This document shows positions 1-9,015 of a stretch of DNA of 64,000 nucleotides, piece by piece; within the stretch, counting starts at the first letter, position 1; each line of letters opens with the position of its first letter. Source of the DNA: an uncultured Chloroflexia bacterium (GTDB lineage Bacteria; Chloroflexota; Limnocylindria; Limnocylindrales; CSP1-4). The translations under genes were made by a program, and so were the position numbers. Location: positions 864,001 through 928,000 of the forward strand of contig CAWHXD010000019.1 of assembly GCA_963833225.1 (NCBI GenBank), in the 5' to 3' direction. The notes beneath the pieces are model-generated. The model saw nothing but the letters and a program-made list of their open reading frames with translations, was not told the DNA's origin and ran no database searches.

Positions 1-833
1 GCCACGTCGCGCACGCCGAAGATCACGTGCTGGGCACCCGCATCGGACAGCTCGCCGAAGCGGTCCACGACCTGAGCCACGCTGTCGCCCGGCGTGTCGC
101 CGATGGCGAGCCGGACCGACTGGAGGGTCGAGCGCTCGATCTCGTCGGGGTCCCGGCCGATCGCCGCGCAATGCTCGCGGATGACCTCGTACTTGTGGTG
201 GATCATCTCCGGGCCACCGAACACGTTGCTCGCGTCCGCGTACTGGGCCACGAGCCGGAGGGTCTTCCGCTCACCGCCGCCCCCGATCATGATCGGGGGG
301 TGCGGTCGGCTGATGGCCTGCGGGGAGTTGAGCAGGCGGCTCGCCCGGTAGTGGCGGCCTTCGAACGCGGCCTCGGTGCCGTGCTCGCCCTCCCACAGCC
401 CGTGGACGATCTGGAGCGTCTCCTCGAGCATCTCGAAGCGCTCGGCCAGCGGCGGGAACGGGAAGCCCAGCCCGCGTGACTCATCCTCGTTCCAGGCGGC
501 GCCGATGCCCAGCCAGGCCCGCCCGCCGGACAGCACGTCCAGGGTCGTCGCGGCCTTGGCCCACAGCCCCGGGAGCCGGTAGTGCACCCCGCCGACCATC
601 AGCCCCAGCCGGGCGCGAGAGGTGTGCGCGGCCATGAAGCCCAGCGCGGTCCAGCCTTCGAGCATCGGCTCCTCGGGGCGGCCGACGCCCCGGATCTGGA
701 AGAAGTGGTCCATCACCCACAGCGAATCGAAGCCGGCCTCGTCGGCATCGCGGCAGATTCGGGCGAGGGTGGGTCCGATGGCCTCGGTCCCGCCGGGCCA
801 GGTGAACGAGCTGATCTGCAGGCCGATCTTCAT
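1..833 (-). CDS. LLM-class F420-dependent oxidoreductase (3' end runs off window)
   Basis: Not in ORF track. Manual translation from ATG at 833: MKIGLQISSFTWPGG..GFDSLWVMDHFFQI..EPMLEGWTALGFMAAHT..TTLDVLSGGRAWLGIGAAW..PIMIGGGGERKTLRLVAQYADASN; luciferase-like motifs, next to cof genes. Confidence 0.9.
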   Translation of the reverse strand, partial: MKIGLQISSFTWPGGTEAIGPTLARICRDADEAGFDSLWVMDHFFQIRGVGRPEEPMLEGWTALGFMAAHTSRARLGLMVGGVHYRLPGLWAKAATTLDVLSGGRAWLGIGAAWNEDESRGLGFPFPPLAERFEMLEETLQIVHGLWEGEHGTEAAFEGRHYRASRLLNSPQAISRPHPPIMIGGGGERKTLRLVAQYADASNVFGGPEMIHHKYEVIREHCAAIGRDPDEIERSTLQSVRLAIGDTPGDSVAQVVDRFGELSDAGAQHVIFGVRDV

Positions 834-861
834 CCGCGCAGGGTAGCGCGCCACGCCGCGA

Positions 862-1635
862 TCAGCGGAACAGGTCCATGTCGGCTGGGATGACCAGGTC
901 GAGGACGGATCCCTCGCCCTGTGGCGGCCGGGCGCCGCGGACCAGCGCCACGGGGCGTCCCGCGATCTTGCCCAGCGCCAGCTCGGCGGCAGACGCGATC
1001 TCGTCGGCGACACCGCGAACGGTGGACTCCATCACCCGTCCATCGGCGTCGGCCGTGCCGCGCAGGTCCTCGAGCGGCAGCAGTCCGGCCACGCCGATCG
1101 CGACGTCGGTGATGCCCCAGCGCCACGGCCGGCCGAAGCTGTCGCTCACGATCACCGCGAGGTCGGTTCCGAACCGGGCCCGGATCGCCTCGCGGATGCG
1201 GGCCGCGGAGGCGTCCGGGTCCCGCGGGAGGATCGTCACCAGGTCGCCCGACTCGGGGCCGACGTTGCTCGCGTCCACGCCCGCGTTGGCGCACACGAAG
1301 CCGTGGTGGGTCTCGACGATCAGCACGCCGTGGGCCTGGCGCACGACGCGAACCGCCTGGTCCATCACCACCTGGATCTGGCGTGGGTCACGGTCCCACG
1401 CCTCCGCCCAGGCGATGGCGTCGGGAGAGGGCGTGACGGTCCGCAGGTCCACCGTGGCGCCCTCGGCCTTGGACACGATCTTCTGGGTGACAACCAGGAC
1501 ATCATCCGGCTCGAGCGGCAGGATCCCGCCGGCGGTCTCGAGGGCGTCGCCGATCAGCGCCCCGAGGTCGGCGCCGGCCGTCACCTCCGGCATCCCCGCG
1601 AGCGCGATGACGTCGACGCGGCCCTCAGTCGACAT
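862..1635 (-). CDS. cofE: Coenzyme F420-0:L-glutamate ligase (single domain)
   Basis: VVTQKIVSKAEG, ETHHGFVCANAGVDASN, LPRDPDASA, SDSFGRPWR, VADEIASAA motifs. Confidence 0.95.
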   Translation of the reverse strand: MSTEGRVDVIALAGMPEVTAGADLGALIGDALETAGGILPLEPDDVLVVTQKIVSKAEGATVDLRTVTPSPDAIAWAEAWDRDPRQIQVVMDQAVRVVRQAHGVLIVETHHGFVCANAGVDASNVGPESGDLVTILPRDPDASAARIREAIRARFGTDLAVIVSDSFGRPWRWGITDVAIGVAGLLPLEDLRGTADADGRVMESTVRGVADEIASAAELALGKIAGRPVALVRGARPPQGEGSVLDLVIPADMDLFR

Positions 1636-2255
1636 GGATGGCCTCCGCGATGGCTGCCTCGGCGAGCAACAGGTCCTCGGGCGTGTCGAGGTCGAGCTCC
1701 AGCACTTCGGTCAGCTCCACGAGGCGCGCGTCCGCCGACTCGGCCAGCCACGCGTGCCCGGCCCGGCTGTCACCCCCGAACGCGGGGTCGATGGCATCGG
1801 GTGGGTCGAGCAGCAGGGCGTTGGTCCCGCGTCGGTGCCGGTCCGGCGCCAGGACCACAGACGGTGATCCGGCAGCGTCGCCCGCGGCGAGGACCGTGGC
1901 CACGTCGGCGGACGTGATCGTGGGCAGGTCGGCGGGCAGGAGCAGGAGGCGGTCCCCGGTGGCCACCTCGCGTGCCTCCTGGAACGCGGGGTTGAGCCCA
2001 CGCGATCGCTGGAGGAGGGGACTGGCCCCGCCGGCCTCGGCGACGGCGAGCGCCTCCGGGTCGGGTGACACGACGATGACCTCGATCACGCCGGGCGTGG
2101 CGAGGGCGGCTTCAACCGTCCGCCGGAGCATCCCCATGCACGAGATCACGGCGTTCCTCGGCGTCGAGCACCGCGCCCAGGCGCGACTTCGCGCCCTCCA
2201 GCGCCCGAACGGGGATGGCGACGCTGGTCGAGCGCGTCGATGCCGGCGTGGTCAC
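1625..2255 (-). CDS. cofC: 2-phospho-L-lactate/PEP guanylyltransferase (frameshift near 2132-2140)
   Basis: N-terminus IPVRALEGAKSRLGAVLDAEERRDLV in one frame, then MLRRTV..GLN..PADLP..APDRHRRGTNALL..DLDTPEDL in ORF 1625..2149; start approximate. Confidence 0.9.
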
Positions 2256-2381
2256 GGGTGGGGGAGCGGGGGCAGGTGCACGCGGCTGATCCTAGCGCGC
2301 CGGGCGAGCACGGCCGGGGCGACGTCGCGTGGGATGGCAGCGCCGCCCCCACGCCGCCGCCCGCCCGCGGCGACCTGATCG

Positions 2382-2972
2382 TCAACGCCGGACCGCGACC
2401 AGCTCCCCGCGCCCGATCGGCACGACCAGGCCCTCCAGCCGCGGATCGCCGAGCGCGGCCTCGCGGAACGGGGCGAGGTCGCTGGCGTGCGACGTCAGGT
2501 TGTCGGCGACCAGCAGGCCGCCCGGCCGCAGGGCCTCGATCGCGGGCTCCAGCGCCCGCAGGTAGTCGCCCTTCTCGGCGTCGAGGAACACCATGTCCGC
2601 CGTGCCGGCGTGCTCGTGCAGGCCGGTGACGCCGTCCTCCAGGCGTGCCTCGACCAGCGTCTCCACGCCGGCGTCGTGGAACGTCGCCTGCGCCAGCTCC
2701 ACCTTCGCCGGGTCGATGTCAAAGGTCGTCACGTGCCCGCTGGTCCGCGCGGCCCCGAGCGCGAGCCACAGCGAGGAGTACCCGGAGCTGGTGCCCACCT
2801 CGACGATCGTCCGGGCGCCCGTCGCCTCGACCAGCAGCCGCAGGAAGGCTCCGACCTCGGGGGAGATCGCCCGCAGGCGTTGCGCCTGCGGCGTGCCGTC
2901 CACGCGGTCGGCGGCGTCTCGTGCCTCGAGCGAGCGCATCACCTTCTCGATGCGCATGGGAATGTCGGCCAT
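2382..2972 (-). CDS. Class I SAM-dependent O-methyltransferase
   Basis: C-terminal part of ORF 2382..4058: IVEVGTSSGYSSLWLA, DMVFLDAEK, LRPGGLLVADN; start set at MADIP. Confidence 0.9.
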   Translation of the reverse strand: MADIPMRIEKVMRSLEARDAADRVDGTPQAQRLRAISPEVGAFLRLLVEATGARTIVEVGTSSGYSSLWLALGAARTSGHVTTFDIDPAKVELAQATFHDAGVETLVEARLEDGVTGLHEHAGTADMVFLDAEKGDYLRALEPAIEALRPGGLLVADNLTSHASDLAPFREAALGDPRLEGLVVPIGRGELVAVRR

Positions 2973-3058
2973 GGGGCGTCTCCGGCCATGCGGTGCGGTC
3001 CCGGACAGCCTATCGCCCCGGGGCCATCCCGGGCGGCCACCATCCCTTCGCCATCCGC

Positions 3059-3101
3059 TCGCCGGCCGATCGCCGGCCGATCGCCGGCCGGTCACCGGCC
3101 C
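3059..3101. repeat. 11-bp tandem repeat (TCGCCGGCCGA x3 plus a degenerate copy overlapping the aguA stop codon)
   Basis: Direct reading: tcgccggccga tcgccggccga tcgccggccgg tcaccggccc. Confidence 0.8.
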
Positions 3102-4114
3102 GCCGGCACCTGCTGCGTGATGCAGTGAGGTCCGCCCCCACCGAAGTTGAGGGCGGCGCCGGGGACGCCCACGACCTCGCGACCGGGGAGGATCTCGCGC
3201 AGCCGGGCGAGCATCGGCTCGTCGTTGGCGTCGCCCGCGAGCGGCACGATCGCGGCGCCGTTGGCGAGGTACAGGTTGGCGTAGGCGAGGGCCGCGGTTG
3301 GCCCCGGGTCCAGGGGGGTGATCGAGAACGACCGGCCGACGGCATCGCGCGCGGCGCTGAGTGCCGCCGCATTCGCGTGACCGGTGACGTGCTCGGTGGC
3401 CGAGGGATCGGCGGGGACCTCGAGGAGGACGTGCGCCGGGCCCAGGTACGAGGCGATCCCATCCAGGTGTCCATCGGTCGCCTCGGGACCCACGTCCAGC
3501 GAATGCCCGAACGGGAGCCACACGACGGTGTCGACACCCAGGTAGGCCCGCAGCCCATCCTCGATCTGCGCACGGTCCAGATCCGGGTTCCGGTTGGGGT
3601 GGAGGAGGCACTGTTCCGTGGTCAGGACCGTGCCCTCGCCATCGACCAGGAAGGCGCCGCCCTCCAGGACGAACGGCGCACGGTAGAAGGGCAGGTCCAG
3701 GTGTCGCGCGATCAGCTCCGGCACGCGGGCATCGGCGTCGTGCGGGTGCCAGCGGTTGCCCCAGGCGTTGAACCGGAAGCCCACGACGGCCAGCCGGCCG
3801 GCGGCGTCCCGGACGAACACCGGCCCGTTGTCGCGCATCCAGGAGTCGTCGATGGGCAGCTCCAGGACGTCCACGGCAGCCCCGCACCGGTCGCGCACGT
3901 CGGTGGCGTCGCCCGGGTCGGCAACCATCGTCACCGGTTCGAACGCCGCGATGGCCCGGGCGACAGCGGCGTAGTCGGCCTTCGCCTCGTCCAGCCGCTC
4001 GCCCCACAGCTCGCGCCGGCACGGCCACTCCATCAGGCACCGGTCGTGGGGCTCCCACTCGGCGGGCATCCGGAACCCGTCCGCCGCCGGTGTGGACGCC
4101 CGTTCCTCGAACAC
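3092..4114 (-). CDS. aguA: Agmatine deiminase family protein
   Basis: RMPAEWEPH, DSWMRDNGP, LEGG, TDGHLD, YAN, GGGGPHCITQQ catalytic motifs. Confidence 0.9.
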   Translation of the reverse strand: MFEERASTPAADGFRMPAEWEPHDRCLMEWPCRRELWGERLDEAKADYAAVARAIAAFEPVTMVADPGDATDVRDRCGAAVDVLELPIDDSWMRDNGPVFVRDAAGRLAVVGFRFNAWGNRWHPHDADARVPELIARHLDLPFYRAPFVLEGGAFLVDGEGTVLTTEQCLLHPNRNPDLDRAQIEDGLRAYLGVDTVVWLPFGHSLDVGPEATDGHLDGIASYLGPAHVLLEVPADPSATEHVTGHANAAALSAARDAVGRSFSITPLDPGPTAALAYANLYLANGAAIVPLAGDANDEPMLARLREILPGREVVGVPGAALNFGGGGPHCITQQVPAGR

Positions 4115-4148
4115 GTCGTGCCCTCCCGTTGGTCCGTCGGAGGCGAGG

Positions 4149-5094
4149 CTAGAGCGCGGCCAGCACCTCGCCGGCGAGCCGTGCGCGCGAAGCCTCGTCG
4201 CTCATGATCGTGTCGGTCACCAGCGTACGCATGCCGAGCGCCCCGATCGCGGGCGCCAGCGCGGCATCGACCGCGTCCAGCACGAAGATGTCGACCAGGT
4301 CCGCGTAGAGGCGGGCGACGCCGAGGGCGCTGGACTCGTGGCCAAGCCCCGCGAGCATCCGGTCCGCGGGCCCCTTGAGCGCCCGCCCGCCGATGATGGG
4401 GCTCACCGCCGCGACCCGAGCGCCACGCGCCCGCGGCGATCGCCAGGAGCTCGCGCAGGCCGGGGACGGCCAGGATGGGCCCCACGGAGACCAGCGGGTT
4501 CGAGGGTGCGATCACGATCGCGCTGGCGGCATCGATGGCCGTGCGCACCTCGGGGGTCGGCGCGGTCTTCTCGATCCCGGTGAACCGCACCTCGAGCACG
4601 TCGGGCGCCTGGCGGCGATGGACGAAGTACTCCTGGAACTCGAGCCACCCATCGGCCGTGCGCACCTCGGTGGCCACCGGCCCGTCCGTCATCGGCAGGA
4701 TCCGTGCCGCGATCCCGAGCGAGGCCTGGGCCTCCCGGCACGCTTCCGTCACGCGCGCCCCGGCCCGCACCCGCGCCGTCCGAACGATGTGCAGCGCGAT
4801 GTCCCGGTCGCCGAGGCTGAACCAGGTCTCCTCCCCGTAGGCGCCCAGCTGGTCCATCACCGCGTGGGTGTCGCCCTCGATCCCCCAGCCCCACTCGACC
4901 TGTTCCATCCCGGCGAGGGTGTACAGGACCGTGTCGTGATCGGGCATCACCAGCAGCCCGTGACGCCAGCAGTCGTCGCCCGTGTTGACCACGACGGCCA
5001 GCCGGTCCCCGAGGTGCACGGCGAGGCCCTCGGCCAGCTTCGCGCCACCGACGCCCCCCGCGAGGACAACCACGCCGTCGGCCACGCTGCTCAC
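4149..5094 (-). CDS. cofD: 2-phospho-L-lactate transferase (frameshift near 4432-4441)
   Basis: LAGGVGGAKL, NTGDD, PDHDTVLY, WFSLGDRD, FQEYFV, APSNPLVSVGPIL, then VSPIIGGRALKGPADRM..TDTIM in ORF 4149..4406. Confidence 0.93.
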
Positions 5095-5098
5095 CGGC

Positions 5099-6025
5099 TC
5101 ACCCGTTGAGCAGCTCGACGACCTCGCCCAGCCGGTCGAGCGTCTCGGCGTCGTACGGAGCGGGCATGTCCACGAAGATGTGGCGGAACCCCAGGTCCAC
5201 GATGGGGGCCAGGCCGGCGGCGATCTCCGCGGGGGTGCCGCAGAAGAAGTTCCAGCCCTCGTCAAACGTCTCTCCCGTGGCTGCGAGCCGGCCCCGGTAC
5301 ACGCTCATCGCGGCCTCGCTGGTGCCGCGGATCACCATGTCCACCGTCGTCGTGCGCTCGATCTCCGCCTCGTCCCGGCCCACGGCGGCGCAATGCTCGC
5401 GCAGGATGCCGTCGTGCTTGCGCAGCTCCTCGAGCGTGCCCATCGCGTTCCACTGGTCGCCATAGCGAGCGAGGGTCCGCAGCGTCTTCCTGGGGCCGGA
5501 GCCGCCGATCATGATCGGGAGGTGGGCCTGGACCGGGCGGGGTGCGACCAGCGCGTCCTTCATCGGGTACACCGGCCCCTCGTGGGTCACGAGCTCGCCG
5601 TCGAGCAGCCGCCGGAGCAGCATCACCGACTCGTCCAGCCGGTCCAGCCGCTCGCCGAACCCGGACCCGAAATCGAACCCGAAGGCCTCGTGCTCGCGTT
5701 GGAACCAGGCGCCGCCGATCCCCAGGACGGCGCGGCCGCCCGAGAGGTGGTCGAGGCTGGTGGCGAGCTTGGCCGTGAGCCCCGGATTGCGGAAGGTGTT
5801 GGCGGCGACCATCAGTCCCAGCGTCGCCTTCGTGGTCACCTGTGCCCAGCCCGACAGGATCGACCAGCCCTCGAGGATGGGTCCCTGCCACGGTCCCGAG
5901 ATCGAGTTGAGGTGGTCCCAGGTCCAGAGGCTGGCCGCGCCGCCCGCCTCTGCCCGCACCGCCGCATCCCGGATCGCCGGCCAGGAGTCCGTCTGGGGCC
6001 ACAGCAGGACGCCGATCTTCACCAT
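5099..6025 (-). CDS. LLM-class flavin/F420-dependent oxidoreductase
   Basis: LWTWDH, EGWSILSG, NTFRNPGLTAK, LDHLSGGRAVLGIGGAW, IMIGGSG. Confidence 0.92.
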   Translation of the reverse strand: MVKIGVLLWPQTDSWPAIRDAAVRAEAGGAASLWTWDHLNSISGPWQGPILEGWSILSGWAQVTTKATLGLMVAANTFRNPGLTAKLATSLDHLSGGRAVLGIGGAWFQREHEAFGFDFGSGFGERLDRLDESVMLLRRLLDGELVTHEGPVYPMKDALVAPRPVQAHLPIMIGGSGPRKTLRTLARYGDQWNAMGTLEELRKHDGILREHCAAVGRDEAEIERTTTVDMVIRGTSEAAMSVYRGRLAATGETFDEGWNFFCGTPAEIAAGLAPIVDLGFRHIFVDMPAPYDAETLDRLGEVVELLNG

Positions 6026-6035
6026 CGCCCATGGT

Positions 6036-6465
6036 TCAGCCCTCCAGGCGGTCGTGGATGCCGGTGATCCGGACGAGGAAGGTGACCCGCGGCTGGGTGC
6101 GGAACGTGGCGACGGATTCCTCGCGTCGGGCCCTCGGGGTGGTAGCGGTGGGCGAGCGCCACGATGTCCTCGCGGGCGCGATCGACGTCCTCGATCACCT
6201 CGTCCACCACGCCGGTCATGCCCAGCCAGATCTCACCGTCCGCGGGGTCCAGCACGGACACGGCGACCCGCGGGTCGCGCATCAGGTTGAGGCACCAGCG
6301 ACGGGGAGTGCGGCTGTTGAGCAGGATGCGGCCGTCCGGCTCGACGCGGTACCAGGCCACCGCCTGGCGGGGCGCGCCGTCGGGATCCAGGGTGGCAATC
6401 GACGCCACGTACCGTTGATCGAGGAAGGCGCGGGCGGCGGGGGAGAAGGCGGTCACGGTGGGCAT
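6036..6465 (-). CDS. PPOX-class (pyridoxamine 5'-phosphate oxidase-like) F420-dependent oxidoreductase (frameshift near 6125)
   Basis: ASIATLDPDGAPRQAVAWY, NLMRDPRVAVSV, LAHRY; C-terminus FRTQPRVTFLVRITGIHDRLEG in another frame. Confidence 0.85.
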
Positions 6466-6492
6466 GTCGTGATGGTAGCGGCCGGCCGCTGG

Positions 6493-6846
6493 CTAGGGCC
6501 TGATCGTCGACTTGGGGCAGCCATCCCAGCTCTGGGCGCAGTCGTCGGGCGGCAGGCCGCTGCCGCTCGCTCCGCCGGCGGACCAGGCTCCCACGGCCGC
6601 GGCGGTCCCGAGGCCGAGGCCCACGATCAGCAGCAACGCACCCAGCATGCCGAGGGTGCGCGAGCGCCGCGCCGGCAGCAGCGCGCGGCCCGGTGCCTGG
6701 GTGCCGGGGTCCGGGGCGGCCTCGATCCCCTCGAGCTCCCGGTGGACCAGACCTCGCTGCACGGCGTAGATCACGAGCAGCGCGATGCCGGCAACGAGCG
6801 TGATCAGCGAGGCGATGCCGATGGGACTCCAGCCGGCGAACAGCAT
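6493..6846 (-). CDS. Hypothetical two-TM membrane protein
   Basis: C-terminal part of ORF 6493..7254 from MLFAGWSP; two hydrophobic segments, ends DCAQSWDGCPKSTIRP. Confidence 0.65.
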   Translation of the reverse strand: MLFAGWSPIGIASLITLVAGIALLVIYAVQRGLVHRELEGIEAAPDPGTQAPGRALLPARRSRTLGMLGALLLIVGLGLGTAAAVGAWSAGGASGSGLPPDDCAQSWDGCPKSTIRP

Positions 6847-6958
6847 GCTTGGCTCCCGGACGATTGTGGCGATGGAGGGGCGCGGGGTGAGCCTATCGCG
6901 CCGCGCGCGCACTCGTCGACAGGCTGGCGTCCACGGGGCGGCGTTGGCCTGCGGCGCC

Positions 6959-7618
6959 CTACCGCAGTCGCTCGCCCGCCTCCACGCGGGCCCCGATCCG
7001 GTTGGACGGCGGGGCCAGCGGGCATGCCCATCGCGGGTCGAACGCGCACGAGGGGTGGAACGCGAAGTTGAGGTCCACGACGAGGGTTCCAGCGTCTGGG
7101 TCACCGCCGAGGTCGGCACCCTTCGCGGTGTCGAGGACATACCGGCCGGCGCCGTAGGTCTCGGACCCGCAGGTGGCGTCGAGGAAGGGCAGGAACAGCC
7201 CGCCGGCGTAGCCGCGCATCCAGAACACGTCGAGCGGCGACGGACCGCCGGCAAGCGGCAGGATCACGCTCCCGATGCGGTCGAACGCGAGGTCGTCCGA
7301 GCCGCTGCTGGGCAGCGTGATCGGGGCACCGCGGCCGCCGCTCGCCCCGGATGTGGATGTCGGGCTCACCGGCAGCGTGAACCGGTATCGCTCGTCGTAC
7401 GGCCAGTGGCGGGCGCGGAAGGCATCGCGCTGCGTGACCGGCACCGGTGACTGCGGATGGGTCCGGAACAGCACGTCGCGCTCGGTGCGCCAGCGCTCCC
7501 AGGCCGCGGCCGGGTCGGACGCCGCCGTCGCGCGGACCTCCGCGTACAGGTCGGCGATCCGCCGGCGCCAGTCTGCCAGCCAGCCGCGGTCAGCAGCCGC
7601 GGGAGTGGGCTCGTCCAT
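6959..7618 (-). CDS. DUF1684 domain protein
   Basis: HPQSP, LFLPFLDATCGSETYGAGRY, DLNFAFHPSCAFDPRWACPLAPPSN. Confidence 0.9.
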   Translation of the reverse strand: MDEPTPAAADRGWLADWRRRIADLYAEVRATAASDPAAAWERWRTERDVLFRTHPQSPVPVTQRDAFRARHWPYDERYRFTLPVSPTSTSGASGGRGAPITLPSSGSDDLAFDRIGSVILPLAGGPSPLDVFWMRGYAGGLFLPFLDATCGSETYGAGRYVLDTAKGADLGGDPDAGTLVVDLNFAFHPSCAFDPRWACPLAPPSNRIGARVEAGERLR

Positions 7619-7684
7619 CGCCGCATCCTAGGCCCACGGGGCAACCGTGCGAGAATGCCCCGGCATTCGACGAAGGAGGCGTGC

Positions 7685-8533
7685 GTGGCAGACCAGGCGG
7701 AGATCGGGATCTTCGGCGGCTCGGGGTTCTACTCCCTGCTCGAGGATGTGCGGGAGGCGAAGATCGACACCCCGTACGGCGCGCCCTCGGACTCGTTCTT
7801 CCTGGCCACCGTGTCCGGTCGCCGGGTCGCGTTCCTGCCGCGCCACGGCCGGACCCACTCGATCCCGCCCCACAAGGTCAACTACCGGGCCAACGTGTGG
7901 GCGATGCGCTCGCTGGGCGTGAAGGCGGTCATCAGCCCGTGCGCCGCGGGCTCGCTCCAACTCCACGTGGAACCCGGCCACTTCGTCGTCTCGGACCAGT
8001 TCGTGGACCGGACCAGCGGCCGCCCCGACACCTTCTTCGACGGGCCCATCGTGTCCCATGTCTCCTCGGCCGAGATCTACGACCCGACCCTGCGCGCCAT
8101 CGCGCTCGACGTCATCCGGGAGCACGGCATCACGGTCCACGATGGCGGCACGGTCGTCGTCATCCAGGGACCCCGCTTCTCGACCAAGGCCGAGAGCAAG
8201 TGGTTCAGCGACGCCGGCTGGGAGGTCATCAACATGACCCAGTACCCGGAGGCCTACCTGTGCCGGGAGCTGGGCATGGCGGTCGTGAACATCGCGCTGA
8301 TCACCGACTACGACGCGGGCGTGCTCGAGGGCACGGAGGCCGTGACGGCGCACAGCGTCCTCGAGGTGTTCGAGCAGAACGCCGAGCGGATCCGCAAGGT
8401 CGTCCTGGACATGGTGGCCCGCTTCCCGGCCGATCTCGATGCCCTGGGCGCGAAGGAGGCCCTGCGCTTTACCCGCGGGGATGGGCACGCCGCCGGGCCG
8501 GCCGATATCCGCCTGTTCGAGACGGGACTGTAG
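7685..8533 (+). CDS. mtnP: S-methyl-5'-thioadenosine phosphorylase
   Basis: IGIFGGSG, TPYGAPS, FLPRHG, NYRAN, DQFVDRT, QGPRFSTKAES, INMT, TDYD; AAGGAGG RBS before GTG 7685. Confidence 0.93.
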   Translation: MADQAEIGIFGGSGFYSLLEDVREAKIDTPYGAPSDSFFLATVSGRRVAFLPRHGRTHSIPPHKVNYRANVWAMRSLGVKAVISPCAAGSLQLHVEPGHFVVSDQFVDRTSGRPDTFFDGPIVSHVSSAEIYDPTLRAIALDVIREHGITVHDGGTVVVIQGPRFSTKAESKWFSDAGWEVINMTQYPEAYLCRELGMAVVNIALITDYDAGVLEGTEAVTAHSVLEVFEQNAERIRKVVLDMVARFPADLDALGAKEALRFTRGDGHAAGPADIRLFETGL

Positions 8534-8541
8534 GCGCCCGG

Positions 8542-9015
8542 ATGTCATCCTCGACGGCCACGAAGGCTCCTGAGCAGACGCACGGCTGCGTGCGCTGCGG
8601 CGCGCCCATCCCGCTCCACGAGGGCATGTGCGAGGCCTGCAACCCGCTCGGGCTCAAGGCGCCGGCCGCATCGCAGGCCCACGGGACCGTGTTCGTGGGA
8701 ATCGTGATCGCCGTGGTGATCATGGCCGTGGTCGCCCGCGCGCTGATCGCCGACGTCGGGCCGTTCACCTCGTCGGTCGCCGGGGTGGCCACGGATCCGG
8801 CGGGGTTGCTGCTCACCGTGAGCGTGACCAACGAAGGCACCAATGCGGGGACGACAACCTGCCGGATCGACGACCCGTCGCGCGGCGGCATCGGGCCCGA
8901 CGCGATGTTCATCGAGAGCCCGAAGGTCGAGGGCGGGCAGACGATCACCTTCGACGTGGTGGTCCCGGAGTTCGGGACGGAGCCCCGCGAGCTGCTCGCG
9001 GACTGCGGTTCGTGA
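8542..9015 (+). CDS. Hypothetical protein: N-terminal CxxC..CxxC zinc ribbon, one TM helix, Ig-like beta domain
   Basis: C-terminal part of ORF 7447..9015: CVRCG..CEACN, hydrophobic VFVGIVIAVVIMAVVA, TVSVTNEG; fills the gap between mtnP and the IMPase gene. Confidence 0.75.
   Translation: MSSSTATKAPEQTHGCVRCGAPIPLHEGMCEACNPLGLKAPAASQAHGTVFVGIVIAVVIMAVVARALIADVGPFTSSVAGVATDPAGLLLTVSVTNEGTNAGTTTCRIDDPSRGGIGPDAMFIESPKVEGGQTITFDVVVPEFGTEPRELLADCGS

Noticed and set aside
2382-4058. 558-aa methyltransferase and similar long N-terminal extensions (e.g. 13815, 24367, 42681, 48927)
   Set aside because: Extensions are Arg/Gly/Pro-rich off-frame readings over neighbouring genes, expected at this GC content
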